From positions 1 to 49,224 of IMG/VR virus record IMGVR_UViG_3300050014_000654: a stretch of DNA of 49,224 nt. The stretch is one strand, 5' to 3'. The notes under the pieces are model-generated. The model saw only the letters and a list, made by a program, of their open reading frames with translations, was not told the DNA's origin and made no database searches. This DNA comes from a virus (lineage: Duplodnaviria > Caudoviricetes). This document shows positions 48,001-49,224 of the stretch, piece by piece. The position numbers and the translations under genes are program-made. Within the stretch, counting starts at the first letter, position 1. Each line of letters begins with the position of its first letter.

Positions 48001-49223
48001 GTAGGATTTTGAGTGAGTCTCAAGTAGGCATTCTGGTCGCCGATTCCGGTTTGGAAAATATCAACATTCCTGCCGGGACTATTTCCCCCAATGCCTATAT
48101 TGGTTCCATCGTCGAAAATTTTACTCGTAGCAGTGAGTACGTTAGAAGACCACTTAGGCAAATAATTATCGGTTTTACCAGAAAAAACAACTCCTCCTCC
48201 TACAGCTAGATTATTAATTTGCGTCTGAAGACTTGAGCCAGTTAAGGCGAGATTAATAATGCTTGCGAATGCGCCGCTTTGACCCGTAGTCAGGAAGCCA
48301 CTGGGATTGGATTTAGGATAATAAGTTAATGCGTCGTAGCCCGACAGATTATTAACTGCGGTGTTTAACGTCGCTCCAGTTGAAGCTAAATTCGCCGCCG
48401 TGGCATAAGATTGCGCGGACACCCACGACTGAGACGCTAAACCACCCGTGACACCCGTCGTAACATATCCACTGGGATTAGTTTTAGGGTAGTAGGTTGA
48501 GGCATCGAAACCCGATAAATCATTAATTGCCGTGCTTAAAGTAGTCCCAGTCGCGGCGAGGTTCGTTACGGAGGCGTAATACGAACCATGATAACCGTCT
48601 AAAGTGTCAGCACCAGTTGCCGTCCCATTAAACGTAGGGGCGGTTACTGACGAGCAGGTAATTACTCCACTTACATCTAAAGCACTAACTGGAGACGACG
48701 TTAAAACTCCAAGTCTGCCATTCGTAAAAGTTGCTGTGTCAGTTAAAGCTTGAAAGTTTCCAACGTGAGTTTGGACTTTTAAATACGAGTTCGACCAAAG
48801 GTTGAAATCTGTGTATCCAGCAACGATGTTTGCCGCCGAATAATTTCTCTGCTGGGCATCGTTCCCCGCCCTAAAAGCTATTCCCACCAATCCAGTTACC
48901 GATGCGCCAGAGTTTGCGACGGTTAGAGTTTGGGTTAGGGATGTTGCGGTGCCGACTCCAACGTTTGTTCCGTCGTCATAGAGACTGCTGGACGCCGTTA
49001 AGACATTGGCGGACCATTTAGGGATGTAATTGGTTGATTTGCCAGAGAAAACGACTCCGCCGCCAACCGAAAGGCTATTAATTTGAGATTGAAGGGTTGT
49101 CCCAGTGGATGCAAGGTTGGCAATCGTTGCATAAGTATTTGCGGCGGTCCCTGACAAGCCTGTAATTAGCGAGTTTAGAGAGCTACCACTTGAGGCTAGG
49201 TTAGCCGCTGAGGCATAATACGA
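45030..49223 (-). CDS. Long repetitive fibre protein (5' truncated by the window)
   Basis: The frame is open to the window edge. Repeats NLAxTGxxLxxxIxxL, VFSGKxxNYxPKWS, GNVGIG-type and ADTLDGxH are typical of phage fibres. Confidence 0.85.
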   Translation of the reverse strand, partial: SYYASAANLASSGSSLNSLITGLSGTAANTYATIANLASTGTTLQSQINSLSVGGGVVFSGKSTNYIPKWSANVLTASSSLYDDGTNVGVGTATSLTQTLTVANSGASVTGLVGIAFRAGNDAQQRNYSAANIVAGYTDFNLWSNSYLKVQTHVGNFQALTDTATFTNGRLGVLTSSPVSALDVSGVITCSSVTAPTFNGTATGADTLDGYHGSYYASVTNLAATGTTLSTAINDLSGFDASTYYPKTNPSGYVTTGVTGGLASQSWVSAQSYATAANLASTGATLNTAVNNLSGYDALTYYPKSNPSGFLTTGQSGAFASIINLALTGSSLQTQINNLAVGGGVVFSGKTDNYLPKWSSNVLTATSKIFDDGTNIGIGGNSPGRNVDIFQTGIGDQNAYLRLTQNPTNGSRIGGSSRVEGFYNDTANGESAKLGWLSFEETRPGANDIGGKINFYTKTEGGALTDNPSIKATILPNGNFGINASAPTTKLEIAHAGIVNSNANILKLTSNLRYTDSTGAGLGILFSQNADGTLAAIKFNEHNGTNGSQIRFQTQYNTVGGLRDVLIVHDNAKVSVNKATPVYDLDVNGSVGCVGLYPSNVGLSLYDASSIESINVANRQLTNTVGATSLDWNNKSLVGNWSVNALSISGSPAVSASQTGLFATSANLNSTGAYLQTQITNISVGTGVTFSGKTTNYFPKWSANTLTASSNLFDDGVGIGIGTASSLTQILTIANSGTSVTGSAGIAFRAGNDAQQRTYSVANIVAGYTDFNLWSNSYLKVQTHIGNVSALTDTATFTNGKLGILTASPTSALDVSGVITCSSVNATAFNGTASNSDTLDGLHAADFVTTGTTQTITGAKTFSNYVNVAKIYPYNSSLSIYDDADKTSLNIVSRLGMTTLLTTSIDWQNRILSGNWVGQSLSISGSPVITSSQTGVFASIVNLAATGSNLQTQINNLSVGGGVVFSGKTDNYLPKWSSNVLTATSKIFDNGTNVGINTNTPGNILSVTESGGAWSVLPTLGAKSGTFGVFSDGGNYGLIVGNANNGDTWMQNQRTDGTATAYNILLQPISGRVGIRNSAPVSALDVSGVITCSSVTATTFNGVATGADTLDGQHGSYYASVANLASTGSNLQTQINNITVGGGSYYPLVGNPSGFVMSSQTGVFSNADTLDGQHGSYYYAASNPNGYATQSWVTTQAYATSANLAATGSTLNSSIVSLSGTMGSTYYPKTNPSGYTTQSWVTNQGYATAANLATTGASLVSMINNISGVSGAGVGTTIDFGTGLSCVIDWRSGTSFISTAWEIGNSFWQTLNVTMANSIEGKTIDYTVVTSGAINNATNPPFIWAGDSIVWAGGADSQKPYSDTTTFENLIGVKIYWVFKFRKVRGQILGVFEREYY
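46750..49100 (-). repeat. Internal duplication in the fibre gene (~46750-47200 vs ~48640-49100)
   Basis: Near-identical peptide GIAFRAGNDAQQR...AGYTDFNLWSNSYLKVQTH...SALDVSGVITCSSV in both copies. Confidence 0.85.
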
Positions 49224-49224
49224 C

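Noticed and set aside
46750-49100. Fibre duplications as a DGR template/variable repeat pair
   Set aside because: Differences are mostly synonymous rather than adenine-specific, both copies are coding, and no reverse transcriptase is in the window.
1-49224. tRNA, rRNA, CRISPR array, integrase or alternative genetic code
   Set aside because: None seen by eye. Genes tile densely under the standard code with all three stop codons used. The Cas4-like domain has no cas or array context.

Overview
This window looks like part of a large tailed-phage (Caudoviricetes) genome. It has two convergent gene blocks that meet at about 21,015. The + strand (342-21,017) starts with a roughly 11.5 kb glycan synthesis and modification cluster: glycosyltransferases, three methyltransferases, an HldE-like kinase, a radical SAM enzyme, an NDP-sugar epimerase, an RfbH/DdhC-type 3-dehydratase and Gmd. 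A replication/recombination module follows: RecA-like ATPase, DnaB helicase with an Ala-start class 3 mini-intein, primase, a double PD-(D/E)XK nuclease, a stand-alone PolIII-alpha PHP domain and a DEDDh exonuclease. The - strand (21,014 to the window end) is a virion morphogenesis block: a repetitive fibre protein, neck proteins, tail tube, chaperones, a 2103-aa tape measure protein and S/T-G-rich distal tail proteins. The first ~120 nt resemble an IS200/IS605 right end / TnpB omegaRNA. Two promoter classes are visible: sigma70-like TTGAC-N17 promoters with a fixed AAGT in the spacer, and a GTGTAA(T) motif upstream of structural genes. The leading hypothesis for an undescribed system is phage-encoded virion glycosylation with an unusual, variable glycan attached to Ser/Thr-Gly-rich tail proteins. 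All calls come from reading motifs by eye; no database search was run.
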